From positions 1 to 64,000 of the IMG/VR virus record IMGVR_UViG_3300042455_000321: a stretch of DNA of 64,000 nucleotides. One strand, 5' to 3'. Below the pieces are notes generated by a model. It saw nothing but the letters and a program-made list of their open reading frames with translations. It had not been told where the DNA came from and ran no database searches. This DNA comes from a virus. Made by a program: the position numbers and the translations under genes. Every line of letters begins with the position of its first letter. Position 1 is the stretch's first letter. This document shows positions 1 to 8,455 of the stretch, piece after piece.

Positions 1-158
1 AACATTTAATTGATTATTCTGGATATATACTTGATGATGATGATGATGTATATGTATTCGATTTATATGCTGAATTTGATACTATTGAAGATGCAGAAAG
101 ATTTATTGATGGTCAAGAGGGTACATTCCAAATAGAAGCAATATATATTTCTCATTAA
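1..158 (+). CDS. 5'-truncated copy of the 64-aa acidic protein (see 33347-33541)
   Basis: Reads HLIDYSGYILDDDDDVYVFDLYAEFDTIEDAERFIDGQEGTFQIEAIYISH* from base 3. Confidence 0.85.
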   Translation, partial: HLIDYSGYILDDDDDVYVFDLYAEFDTIEDAERFIDGQEGTFQIEAIYISH

Positions 159-159
159 C
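1..159 (+). repeat. Direct repeat copy 1 (3' part of shared 64-aa gene)
   Basis: Identical to 33384-33542 except C128 vs T33511. Confidence 0.97.
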
Positions 160-181
160 CTTTAAAAACAAATAAACTATG
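157..181 (+). repeat. Intergenic linker repeat AACCTTTAAAAACAAATAAACTATG
   Basis: Exact copy at 33325-33349; bases 161-184 also match 33689-33712. Confidence 0.9.
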
Positions 182-484
182 ACACACTATGAAATCTCCG
201 TAGCTAAAAAAGTAGCTAAATTTATCAAGTCAAATAAAAAGATAACTAACAATGACTTGAGAGCTTTAATGATGCAAGAGCACTCTATTCACTTGAGCCA
301 AATTCAAATGCGTAAAATTATAAACTATCTTCGTACAGAGGGGATAGTTAAAAACTTGGCAGCAGATTGGGAGGGTTATTGGATAGAAAAAGACCAGCTT
401 AAAGTTATGAAGTATATAAAATCTTTAGAATTGAGAGCCAAGTCAATAATGCAAGTAGCAACTAAAATGAGAAAAGCACTGTGA
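179..484 (+). CDS. Winged-helix DNA-binding protein
   Basis: RKIINYLRTEG..LAAD..GYWI helix-turn-helix plus wing pattern. Confidence 0.6.
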   Translation: MTHYEISVAKKVAKFIKSNKKITNNDLRALMMQEHSIHLSQIQMRKIINYLRTEGIVKNLAADWEGYWIEKDQLKVMKYIKSLELRAKSIMQVATKMRKAL

Positions 485-660
485 AATATAAACTCTTAAA
501 GGATATAAAAAGTAATAGAATGGTAGATAAAAAAGTATTTAAGTTATATGGTGCTAAAGATGAGATAGTAGAATTAATAGCTGAGCATGGAGAAGTTTAT
601 ATCGTGCAAGGTAAAAAAGAAAGATTTTCTGTAAAAAAAGAATTTTTAAAGGAAATTTAG
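481..660 (+). CDS. Hypothetical protein, 59 aa (not in ORF track)
   Basis: GTGA overlap with previous stop; open to TAG at 658-660. Confidence 0.7.
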   Translation: MKYKLLKDIKSNRMVDKKVFKLYGAKDEIVELIAEHGEVYIVQGKKERFSVKKEFLKEI

Positions 661-661
661 T

Positions 662-669
662 TATATTTG
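662..669 (+). promoter_or_regulatory. Bacteroidota -7 promoter element TATATTTG
   Basis: Matches TAnnTTTG at start of the non-coding leader; -33 element unclear. Confidence 0.55.
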
Positions 670-685
670 CTTGTTCATAGTTGAT

Positions 686-825
686 TTACCGGTGGTGTAA
701 AAGCTGCCGGTAATTTCTAAAGAACTACTATTTATATAAAAGGGAATATTTAAAAGTAAGGAGTTAAATATTTTCTATTAGGTTTTATAAACCAGCCCTT
801 GTATTCCTTACTACAAGGGTTTTTT
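686..825 (+). ncRNA. Structured leader RNA of replication operon (4 hairpins, loop-loop complementarity)
   Basis: Stems 686-692/707-713, 745-753/764-772, 781-785/789-793, 796-803/812-819; loops 756-763 and 804-811 are complementary. Confidence 0.65.
796..825 (+). terminator. Intrinsic terminator/attenuator just upstream of replication gene
   Basis: CCCTTGTA-8nt-TACAAGGG followed by T6; ATG follows at 831. Confidence 0.75.
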
Positions 826-830
826 ATTTT

Positions 831-1643
831 ATGAAAAAAGATGCATTTTACTTCCCACACTTTGCGAATGCAAGACATGATAGGAAGATCAAACGAGTAA
901 CAAAAGAGCTTGGAATAGAGGGTTATGGTATCTATTTTATGCTTCTTGAGGTATTAAGAGAACAACAAGATTTTAGGTATCCTATTTCGGATATTGACCT
1001 ACTTGCTGATGAATTTGGTACTTCACTTGCTAAAGTTGAGGTAGTACTTAAAAAGTATGATTTATTTCAAATAGATGAGTGCAATAACTTCTTTTCTATT
1101 AAGCAGGTGTATTATTTACAACCTTATTTAGAAAAGTCAAATAACGCACGATTAGCTGCTCAAAAGAGATGGCAAGGAGTTAAAGATGCAAATGCAGATG
1201 CAAATGCATTGCAAGAGCATTGCGTTGGTAATGCAAGTAAAGTAAAGGAAAGTAAACTAAAGGAAACTAAAGAAAAGAAAAGTAAAATAGAATTTGCAGA
1301 TAAATCTGCTAACTATGATTTAATGGTAGAAGTTTATTTTAATTTCTATGAAAGTTTATTTAACTTTAAACCTACATTCCAGGCAATAGATGGCAAGATG
1401 ATAAAAGAGATTGAGGCTAAAATTATAAATATCTGTAATCAAAAATCGCTTGTTATTACTGAAAAATTAGTGGTTGGCAGCTTCACAAAAGTTTTAGATT
1501 ATGCTTCAAAAGACAAATGGTTAAAAGAAAACTTTTTACTTAAAAATATTAATTCACAATTCAATAAAATTATCAACTATGGAACAAAACAAGAGGTACA
1601 AAGAATTGAGCTTGACGAAGAAACTGCAAAGTATTTCGGTTAA
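831..1643 (+). CDS. Replication initiator (Lin1244/DUF4373-like N-terminus)
   Basis: YFPH..NARHDRKI...G.EGYGIYFMLLEVL motif, central low-complexity linker with DNA repeats. Confidence 0.8.
   Translation: MKKDAFYFPHFANARHDRKIKRVTKELGIEGYGIYFMLLEVLREQQDFRYPISDIDLLADEFGTSLAKVEVVLKKYDLFQIDECNNFFSIKQVYYLQPYLEKSNNARLAAQKRWQGVKDANADANALQEHCVGNASKVKESKLKETKEKKSKIEFADKSANYDLMVEVYFNFYESLFNFKPTFQAIDGKMIKEIEAKIINICNQKSLVITEKLVVGSFTKVLDYASKDKWLKENFLLKNINSQFNKIINYGTKQEVQRIELDEETAKYFG
1184..1290 (+). repeat. Iteron-like repeats, candidate replication origin inside initiator gene
   Basis: GATGCAAATGCA x2, GCATTGC x2, then A-rich AAAGGAAA(G/C)TAAA repeats; same layout as the lambda O-internal origin. Confidence 0.5.
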
Positions 1644-2160
1644 TCATGCACCAGCTGATTTTAGCCACACAAAAACTTTAGTCCAATTATCAAAAGAATT
1701 AGGAGTAGAAAAGATTTATTCCGGAGTAGCTGCTCAATTAAGCAACTTTTTAAACTACATAGGTTGCGAATGGAATAATGCTCAAAAACAAGATGTGGTT
1801 GAGCTTATTTGCAATAACTATGCCAATCTAACTGCAGAACAGTGGAAGCTCTTTTATGTAAAGGCTAAAACCGGCACTTTTGGAGATATATACGGAAAGT
1901 TAAGTCCAATTGCTTTTATGAAATGGGTTAATACTTATGCAGCCGATTGCGATTATGCAAACGAGCAGTTTAAGATACAAAAGGATAGACAGATAAATGA
2001 GGTAAGCGAAGAGATACCGGTTATAGATGGTTATTTTGATAAGCTGATAGAATGTATCAACCAGGTTGCAAACAAGCCAGAAACAGACAATAAATCGCAA
2101 AGAATAGCAGAGAAAAGAGCTGAATGGGAAGCTAACTTTAAAAACTACTTTAACAAATGA
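1579..2160 (+). CDS. Putative replication accessory/helicase loader
   Basis: Overlaps initiator; K.G.FG..YGKL motif; function inferred from position. Confidence 0.45.
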   Translation: MEQNKRYKELSLTKKLQSISVNHAPADFSHTKTLVQLSKELGVEKIYSGVAAQLSNFLNYIGCEWNNAQKQDVVELICNNYANLTAEQWKLFYVKAKTGTFGDIYGKLSPIAFMKWVNTYAADCDYANEQFKIQKDRQINEVSEEIPVIDGYFDKLIECINQVANKPETDNKSQRIAEKRAEWEANFKNYFNK

Positions 2161-2501
2161 TAAAAGATGAGCATACACTCCAGGTATATTGTGTAGCTTG
2201 GTTTAGAGTTAATTATCCAAATGAATTAATATATTCTATTCCTAATGGTGGTCATAGAGCATACTCAACTGCTAAAAGATTAAAAGCAGAGGGGACTACA
2301 TCTGGGATACCAGATTTGCATATACCAACTCCAATGGGCGAATATCATGGGCTTTATATTGAAATGAAATACGGATATAATAAACCAAGCGAAGCTCAAA
2401 AAAAAATAATGGCTTATCTAACAAAAAAAGGCTACTTGTGTGCAGTATGCTGGAGTTTAGATGAATTTATGCAAACTATTAACAATTATTATAAATTGTG
2501 A
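2157..2501 (+). CDS. VRR-NUC domain nuclease
   Basis: EH.LQ, IPNGG, GIPDL, LYIEMK, S.AQK motifs. Confidence 0.9.
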   Translation: MIKDEHTLQVYCVAWFRVNYPNELIYSIPNGGHRAYSTAKRLKAEGTTSGIPDLHIPTPMGEYHGLYIEMKYGYNKPSEAQKKIMAYLTKKGYLCAVCWSLDEFMQTINNYYKL

Positions 2502-2554
2502 ATAAAAAATACTATAAAATAATTTAAATTAACAAAAAACCTTAATTTTACACT

Positions 2555-2899
2555 ATGGCAGCGAAAACAACAGATGCTTTTTACTTTGCAAAGGCTTTAC
2601 TTTATGCTAAATTGAGTAGAGATTACTTTGATTTCATAATTACAGAAACCGGAGCAACCTATGGGGCTAAACAAACTTTAAAAGGTTATACCGGTAGATT
2701 GGATTGGATTAATAGAGATTTGCTTATGAAAATAACTCATGAAGATTTTAGAAAAATGTATGAGATTGATTTAGCAAATGCCGGAGCTATTGATAGTATG
2801 GCTAATAACTATGTAATTCTAAACGAAGAAAACAGAGCAAAACTTGAGGAATATTCCGAACAACTAATAAAAGAACAAAAAAATGTCAGCACTAATTAA
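2555..2899 (+). CDS. Hypothetical protein, homolog of 40408-40737
   Basis: AKALLYAKLSRDYFDF aligns with ARALIYTKLASEYFDF. Confidence 0.7.
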   Translation: MAAKTTDAFYFAKALLYAKLSRDYFDFIITETGATYGAKQTLKGYTGRLDWINRDLLMKITHEDFRKMYEIDLANAGAIDSMANNYVILNEENRAKLEEYSEQLIKEQKNVSTN

Positions 2900-3116
2900 T
2901 TTTAGCCTAAAGCAAGAAGATGGTACATACAAGTACTATACTGCATCTATAAACGATGAGCAAGATAAATATGGCAATAATGTTGCTATAAGTTTACAAC
3001 AAACTAAAGAGCAAAGAGAAGCTAAAGAGAAAAGGGTTTATGTGGGCAATGGCAAGGTAGCTTGGACAAATGGGAAAATAGAGGTTGCAACTAAAAAAGA
3101 AGATTTACCTTTCTAA
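2883..3116 (+). CDS. Small ssDNA-binding-like protein
   Basis: DKYGNNV..Q.KEQREAKE..VY.GNGK and acidic DLPF C-terminal tail. Confidence 0.7.
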   Translation: MSALINFSLKQEDGTYKYYTASINDEQDKYGNNVAISLQQTKEQREAKEKRVYVGNGKVAWTNGKIEVATKKEDLPF

Positions 3117-3424
3117 TGAATAAGCAAGAGCAATTACAGTTTGCAAGAGATATATTCAAGGATATATTAGACCTTTTGGAAAGCAAAGGCGATGACTATG
3201 CAAACGAAGATAGATTAAGTAATTTCAAAGAAACTGGAATGTTATGTGGTACTACTGCATTCCAGGTTTGCCTTAATCAAATAGGAATAAAAATATCAAG
3301 AATTGTCAACTTAATTGGCAAAGAGGCAAGAAATGAGAGTATGAAAGATAGCCTACAAGACCTTATAACATATTCTTTAATTTTGTCAATGATACACGAA
3401 GATGAGGCAGCAGATAATAACTGA
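3116..3424 (+). CDS. Nucleotide-modification-associated (Nmad1/DUF1599-like) protein
   Basis: K..DYA..D.LSNFK ... K.SRI ... ES..DSL.DL..Y. Confidence 0.7.
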   Translation: MNKQEQLQFARDIFKDILDLLESKGDDYANEDRLSNFKETGMLCGTTAFQVCLNQIGIKISRIVNLIGKEARNESMKDSLQDLITYSLILSMIHEDEAADNN

Positions 3425-4040
3425 CCTTTATAATTCAAGAGAATTAAAAGATGTAATCTCTAAAATGCAGCCGGAGCATTTACGAGATGAATTGCTATCC
3501 GAAGTAATGTTAGTAGTATGTAATCTTCCAGAAGAGAGATTATTCCAAATGAATAATGATGGGTATCTCAAATTCTATGTTATTCGCACCATTTTAAACA
3601 TGATTAAGTCAAATGACAGTACATTCCACAATAAATTTAGGAGAGTTTATGAGGAAGTACCTAATATAGTAGAAACTCCAAGTGATTTTGAGATAATGGA
3701 GGCAAAGTTTGAAAAGGTGGAGGAATTTCACGATAAACTACCATTCTACGAGAACAACCTACTTAAATACTATTTAAAATATAATTGCAAGGCTAAAAAG
3801 TTAAGCAACGATACTGGCATTCCGGTAAGAAGTATTTATGAAACTATCTCTAAAATCAAAAGAAAAGCTAAAATGAGCGACTTATTTAACGAGAAAATTA
3901 AATTCACTATTGAGTGCGAAATAGACGTTCCTAAAGAATGGGACATTGACCAGATACTTGATGAGCTGGATAAGGTATTCAAAAAAGTACAAGAAAATAA
4001 AGAAAACAAATTTACTCCTATATGCTACAAAATATCATAG
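3402..4040 (+). CDS. ECF sigma-like transcription regulator
   Basis: DELLSEV.L region-2-like helix; C-terminal HTH (KKLSNDTGIPVRSIYETISK). Confidence 0.65.
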   Translation: MRQQIITDLYNSRELKDVISKMQPEHLRDELLSEVMLVVCNLPEERLFQMNNDGYLKFYVIRTILNMIKSNDSTFHNKFRRVYEEVPNIVETPSDFEIMEAKFEKVEEFHDKLPFYENNLLKYYLKYNCKAKKLSNDTGIPVRSIYETISKIKRKAKMSDLFNEKIKFTIECEIDVPKEWDIDQILDELDKVFKKVQENKENKFTPICYKIS

Positions 4041-4255
4041 CAACTTTGATTTTAATGGTAGTATGGTTTGAAATCTACCAAGTTCCAAGCTGGAATAAGT
4101 ATTTAAAAAAGAAGCCATTTGGTTGCGAGTACTGCTTACCAGTATATGCTTATTTAATAATTTCACTTTTGCCTATTTATATTAAAGAGATTATTATAGG
4201 TGCATTCCTTTCAGTAATCTTATTTCAATTAATCATTAAATTTATAAGAAAATGA
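4022..4255 (+). CDS. Small membrane protein with CxxC
   Basis: KPFGCEYCL plus hydrophobic segments. Confidence 0.6.
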   Translation: MLQNIIATLILMVVWFEIYQVPSWNKYLKKKPFGCEYCLPVYAYLIISLLPIYIKEIIIGAFLSVILFQLIIKFIRK

Positions 4256-4563
4256 CACAAGAAGAATTAGATTTTTTATTTGTTACCCAATTAGACAACT
4301 CAATCAGCATTCAATATGAAGTATTGAGAAACCTAACTCAACCAGTATTTGAGCAGTATAAAGCAATCCACAATAAGTATCTATATGAAAGCAATGATAG
4401 AAACAACTGTGGAAGCTGCGTTTTTGAACTTGTAAACCGAGTATATAATTATGCCAATAAATATAAAGAAAGCCTTAAAATCGCTCAACAACCGAGTGAA
4501 GCACCTAATCAAGACAGTACGAATGGTAAGAAATCTAAAAAGAAAGTAGATGCCGGTTTATAA
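4252..4563 (+). CDS. Hypothetical protein with CGSC motif
   Basis: Coupled ORF, CxxC. Confidence 0.6.
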   Translation: MTQEELDFLFVTQLDNSISIQYEVLRNLTQPVFEQYKAIHNKYLYESNDRNNCGSCVFELVNRVYNYANKYKESLKIAQQPSEAPNQDSTNGKKSKKKVDAGL

Positions 4564-4978
4564 ATGTGGAAACGGAAAATATCGCATAGGTAACGGATCT
4601 TGCATTTATGATACTGCCGGGAAAGCCGAAAAGGTATATCGTGCAATATTGGCTCAAGGAGAATTTGCTACTAAAATAGTAAGTTTTGATTTTGATGACA
4701 CTTTAAGCACTTCAAAAGGTCAAGAAAAAGCAAAGCAGTTATTAGCAGAGAATTACCGAGTGCTAATTATTACTGCAAGACAAAGCAAGGATAGCAAAGA
4801 GGTATTTGATGTGGCTGATAAGCTGGGAATAAGAAGAAGTGATATTTACTTCACAAACGGAGCAAATAAGTGGTCTGTGGTAAAAAGGTTGGGAGTTGCT
4901 ATCCATTATGATAACAACCAAGAGCAAGTAGATTTAATAAACAAAATGACTAAAACCGAAGGCAAACTATTCAAATGA
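4550..4978 (+). CDS. HAD-superfamily phosphatase-like protein with small N-terminal Cys domain
   Basis: SFDFDDTL (motif I), ITAR (II), K (III), HYDNN (IV). Confidence 0.75.
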   Translation: MPVYKCGNGKYRIGNGSCIYDTAGKAEKVYRAILAQGEFATKIVSFDFDDTLSTSKGQEKAKQLLAENYRVLIITARQSKDSKEVFDVADKLGIRRSDIYFTNGANKWSVVKRLGVAIHYDNNQEQVDLINKMTKTEGKLFK

Positions 4979-5409
4979 TAAAATTATCAAGTTTAAAGCT
5001 CAATCCAGAAAATCCAAGAGTAGTAAGAAACGAGAATTTTAAGAAATTGGTTGAAAGCATAAGGACATTCCCTAAAATGCTTGAGTTAAGACCTATAATT
5101 GTAGATGAAAATAACATAATTGTAGGTGGTAATCAAAGATATAGAGCTTTACTTGACTTAAATTATAAAGAAATAGAAGATACTTGGGTAAAGAAAGCAA
5201 CTGATTTTAATGCTAAAGAGCTAAAAGAGTTCTTAATTAGAGATAATATCAATGCTGGAGAATGGGATTATGAGCAGTTAGCTAATGAATGGGATGCAAT
5301 AGAACTTCAAAATTGGGGTTTAGATGTGCCTATTTGGAATGAAGATAAGGAAGAAGATAATACAAAAGGAACTGGAACTATCTGCCCATCTTGTGGAGTA
5401 GAATTTTAA
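4975..5409 (+). CDS. ParB/Srx N-terminal domain protein with C-terminal CPSC zinc ribbon half
   Basis: NPENPR, RPIIVDEN.IIVGGNQRYRAL, RDN. Confidence 0.85.
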   Translation: MIKLSSLKLNPENPRVVRNENFKKLVESIRTFPKMLELRPIIVDENNIIVGGNQRYRALLDLNYKEIEDTWVKKATDFNAKELKEFLIRDNINAGEWDYEQLANEWDAIELQNWGLDVPIWNEDKEEDNTKGTGTICPSCGVEF

Positions 5410-5410
5410 T

Positions 5411-5677
5411 ATGCAGAAATACGCAAAGAACTATCTTGAATACTTCGGTTATACAGTAGCTGATTTTATTCCATGTGAATGTTGTGGATCTCAAAGTCAT
5501 GATTTCCACCACATAGTCCCAAGAAGCAAATTCGGTAAAAACAATAAAGAAGAGCAAGATAGAGTTGAGAATGTAATGGCACTTTGTAGATTATGCCATG
5601 TTAGGTACGGACAAAACAAGAGATATAACGATTTCTTACAAGAATTACACAATAAAACAATAGAATATCATAAATAA
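5411..5677 (+). CDS. HNH endonuclease (packaging-associated)
   Basis: CECCG, DFHHI, ENVMALCRLCH. Confidence 0.85.
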   Translation: MQKYAKNYLEYFGYTVADFIPCECCGSQSHDFHHIVPRSKFGKNNKEEQDRVENVMALCRLCHVRYGQNKRYNDFLQELHNKTIEYHK

Positions 5678-5679
5678 CT

Positions 5680-5868
5680 ATGGAACAAACACCAGTCGAA
5701 TTCTTACAATCATTTATGGAGCAAAATAGATACTTCATAGGAAATGATTTACTAATAGCATTCATAAAGGCTCAACAAATACATGAGCACCAAGTTAAAA
5801 CTGCCTACATTGAGAGTAATAGCTACCAATCTGCAGAACAATACTTTAACGAAAAGTTTAATAGATGA
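5680..5868 (+). CDS. Hypothetical protein, homolog of 42686-42913
   Basis: QTPVEFL...A.Q..E..V..AY...EQYFNEKF. Confidence 0.65.
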   Translation: MEQTPVEFLQSFMEQNRYFIGNDLLIAFIKAQQIHEHQVKTAYIESNSYQSAEQYFNEKFNR

Positions 5869-5963
5869 CATATAAAATAATATTCGGTATAGTAGGTTTA
5901 AAAGCCTTAATATTACTTATAATTGTGATGTGTGATAAACTGCAAAAATTAAGAAACAAATAA
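5865..5963 (+). CDS. 32-aa hydrophobic peptide (not in ORF track)
   Basis: ATGA overlap; MTYKIIFGIVGLKALILLIIVMCDKLQKLRNK. Confidence 0.5.
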   Translation: MTYKIIFGIVGLKALILLIIVMCDKLQKLRNK

Positions 5964-5968
5964 GAGAA

Positions 5969-6358
5969 ATGGCTAACGAACAGAATTTAAGACCAGCTAA
6001 AAAAGGAGAGGTAAGAAATCCTAATGGCAGACCGAGAAAGTTTGTATCGGCTTTAAAAGAGCAAGGGTACAAAATGAGCGAGGTAAACGATGCTATTCAA
6101 GTACTTATGTCTATGACTCTTGAAGAGTTGGCAGATACCTTTAAAAATCCAAATGCAACGATATTAGAAAAGACAGTCGCAAATGCTTTAAAGAAATCAC
6201 TTGAGAAAGGTAGCTTATATTCTTTAGATACTTTAATGAGTAGGGTATATGGGAAACCGAAAGAAACTGTAAGCCAAGAGGTAACTATTAATACTGTAAA
6301 TGTTAAGGTTGTAGAAAGTGCAGTACCTTTAGCAAGTAGCGAGAACGAAATTAAATAA
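5969..6358 (+). CDS. terS: Terminase small subunit
   Basis: NEQNL.P.KKGE.RNPNGRP N-terminus, RVYGKP; upstream of terL. Confidence 0.75.
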   Translation: MANEQNLRPAKKGEVRNPNGRPRKFVSALKEQGYKMSEVNDAIQVLMSMTLEELADTFKNPNATILEKTVANALKKSLEKGSLYSLDTLMSRVYGKPKETVSQEVTINTVNVKVVESAVPLASSENEIK

Positions 6359-6359
6359 T

Positions 6360-6500
6360 ATGGACAAGAAACAACGAGTTATTAAAGATGATATAGACAA
6401 AGTTAATACCTATCTAAACGAGGGTTGGTATATTGTCAGCATACATACAACAAATACTACAACCATATTCTTACTTGAAAAGGACTTGACCTTAAAATAA
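6360..6500 (+). CDS. Hypothetical protein, 46 aa (not in ORF track)
   Basis: Fills gap between terS and terL; TAATG overlap. Confidence 0.6.
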   Translation: MDKKQRVIKDDIDKVNTYLNEGWYIVSIHTTNTTTIFLLEKDLTLK

Positions 6501-7645
6501 TGTTCACTACCGGAGTACTTTATAAAGCTAATTTAGATGCTAAAGAGGATATTGTAGTTAATCAAGGGGGTACTTCCTCTGGTAAAACCTACTCTATTCT
6601 CCAGGTACTATTTACTTTTGCAGTAAGTCAGCCTAATTTGGTTATAACTGTAGCTGGTCAAGATATACCTAACTTGAAAGCCGGAGCGTTAAGAGATGCC
6701 ATTACTATTTGGAGCTCAAGTGAGGAATTAAAGCAATTAGTCAAGGAATATAATAAGTCGGATAGGATATTTACCTTTCAATCTGGAAGTATAATAGAGT
6801 TTAAAAGCTATGATGACGCTCAAGATGCCAAGAATGGTAAAAGGGACTACTTATTTATCAATGAGGCAAATGGGGTGCGTTATGATGTATTTAACGAGCT
6901 TTATATGCGTACTAAAGTAAAAACATATATTGACTACAATCCAAATGAGGCTTTCTGGGTGCATGAGAAGTTATTAGGACAACCAAATGTTAAATTAATT
7001 ATATCCGATTATAGACACAATCCATTTATAGACAAGAAGTTAGTAGAGAAAATTGAAAATCTTAAAGAAGTAGACCTTGAGTTATGGAAGGTGTATGCAC
7101 GAGGAATGACCGGTAAGATTGAGGGTTTAGTATTTAGGAATTATACAAGGTGCAGCGAAATACCAATAGATGCAGCTTTAGTCGGTTATGGCTTGGACTT
7201 TGGGTTTACAAACGATCCTTCGGCTTGTGTTGGGGTTTGGAGGTATAATGGGGAGCTTTATATTAAGGAGTTTGTATATGAAAGGCAATTAACTAATCCA
7301 ATGTTAGCAGATAAATTAAAAGAGCAAGGTATTACTTCGGTAATAGCAGATAGCTCCGAGCCTAAATCTATTCAAGAGTTGTTTAATTGTGGCATCAATG
7401 CAAGTGGGGTAAAGAAAGGAGCTGACTCGGTTAGAGCTGGTTTAAACTTACTCAAAGGCTATAAAATGAATATCACAAACGATAGTACTAATTTATTAAG
7501 AGAGTTAGCAAGTTACAAGTGGAAGCAAAAGAATGGCGAAATGCTGAATGAAGTTATAGGAATGAATGATCATGCTATTGATGCTTTAAGATATGTGGCA
7601 CTTACTTACCTACAAGGTGGGTTTGGGCAATACTCCTTTTCGTAA
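6500..7645 (+). CDS. terL: Terminase large subunit (PBSX/XtmB type)
   Basis: QGGTSSGKT Walker A, FINEAN Walker B, DYNP, GLDFGFTNDP, NDHAIDALRY nuclease motifs. Confidence 0.97.
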   Translation: MFTTGVLYKANLDAKEDIVVNQGGTSSGKTYSILQVLFTFAVSQPNLVITVAGQDIPNLKAGALRDAITIWSSSEELKQLVKEYNKSDRIFTFQSGSIIEFKSYDDAQDAKNGKRDYLFINEANGVRYDVFNELYMRTKVKTYIDYNPNEAFWVHEKLLGQPNVKLIISDYRHNPFIDKKLVEKIENLKEVDLELWKVYARGMTGKIEGLVFRNYTRCSEIPIDAALVGYGLDFGFTNDPSACVGVWRYNGELYIKEFVYERQLTNPMLADKLKEQGITSVIADSSEPKSIQELFNCGINASGVKKGADSVRAGLNLLKGYKMNITNDSTNLLRELASYKWKQKNGEMLNEVIGMNDHAIDALRYVALTYLQGGFGQYSFS

Positions 7646-7663
7646 GGTACTTTCTATTTTTTA

Positions 7664-7678
7664 CCTATTTAAAATAAA
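7664..7678 (+). promoter_or_regulatory. Phage A putative late promoter motif CCTATTTAAAATAAA
   Basis: Exact copy at 21588-21602; variants at 14053-14060, 15571-15585, 17784-17794; all just upstream of genes in the structural region. Confidence 0.6.
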
Positions 7679-7694
7679 CTACAACAATTAATTT

Positions 7695-8348
7695 ATGAGC
7701 AAAATGGATTGGAGCTCCGTGTCCGTATATCAGTTTCAACAATTGGAACAACTTAAAACAGATGACAACTTTGAAGCTATCGTTAAGGTAGTGGCAATTC
7801 TATACAACTTGACTGAAAAGCAAGTAGATGCTATGCCTATGAACGAATTTAACAAGAAGTGCAAGGAGATTGAATTTATTTACAAAGAGCAATTACCAAG
7901 CAAAACTTGTAAGTATATCAAAGCAAATGGCAATGTTTATCGTTTTATTCCAGATATAAGAGAAATAAGAGTAGGTGGGACTGGTAGATATATAACAACT
8001 AAATACTTCCAAAGGGATGTAGTCCAGAACTTACATAGGATTGCAGCTTCAATGGTAATGCCACAAAAGAAAAGCTGGTTTGGGTATAGAGATTTAAAAT
8101 ACCAAGACCAAGACCACGATATCTATGCAGAGGATTTGTTGAGTGCATCAATCGTAGAGGTTTACGGAATGGTGGTTTTTTTTTGCAAAGTATATCTAAA
8201 CTGGATGGACAATTCAAAGGATTATTTGGAGAGCCTATTGAAAGCAGCGAAGATGAGCCAATCCGAGTCCGAGAAAGTGGTAAACGATTTATGGACACTT
8301 ATGGCTGGATCTATCAAGCAGCAATTGTTGCCGAACACGAAAGAGTAA
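7695..8348 (+). CDS. Putative tail assembly chaperone (frame 0 product)
   Basis: T9 slippery run at 8176-8184 (..VVFF) with overlapping -1 frame ORF. Confidence 0.6.
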   Translation: MSKMDWSSVSVYQFQQLEQLKTDDNFEAIVKVVAILYNLTEKQVDAMPMNEFNKKCKEIEFIYKEQLPSKTCKYIKANGNVYRFIPDIREIRVGGTGRYITTKYFQRDVVQNLHRIAASMVMPQKKSWFGYRDLKYQDQDHDIYAEDLLSASIVEVYGMVVFFCKVYLNWMDNSKDYLESLLKAAKMSQSESEKVVNDLWTLMAGSIKQQLLPNTKE

Positions 8349-8455
8349 AATTAGATGAGGTATACGATATGCCGGTACTTCAATTCTTAAATGATTTAGC
8401 ATATTTGAAAGCGAAACAAGATTACGAGCAACAACAAATTAAAAACTTGAAATGA
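8176..8455 (+). CDS. -1 frameshift extension of the chaperone
   Basis: -1 frame open from the T9 run to 8455; no good independent start. Confidence 0.6.

Noticed and set aside
33-48. (GAT)n microsatellite as phase-variation tract
   Set aside because: In-frame poly-Asp codons with the same length in both copies.
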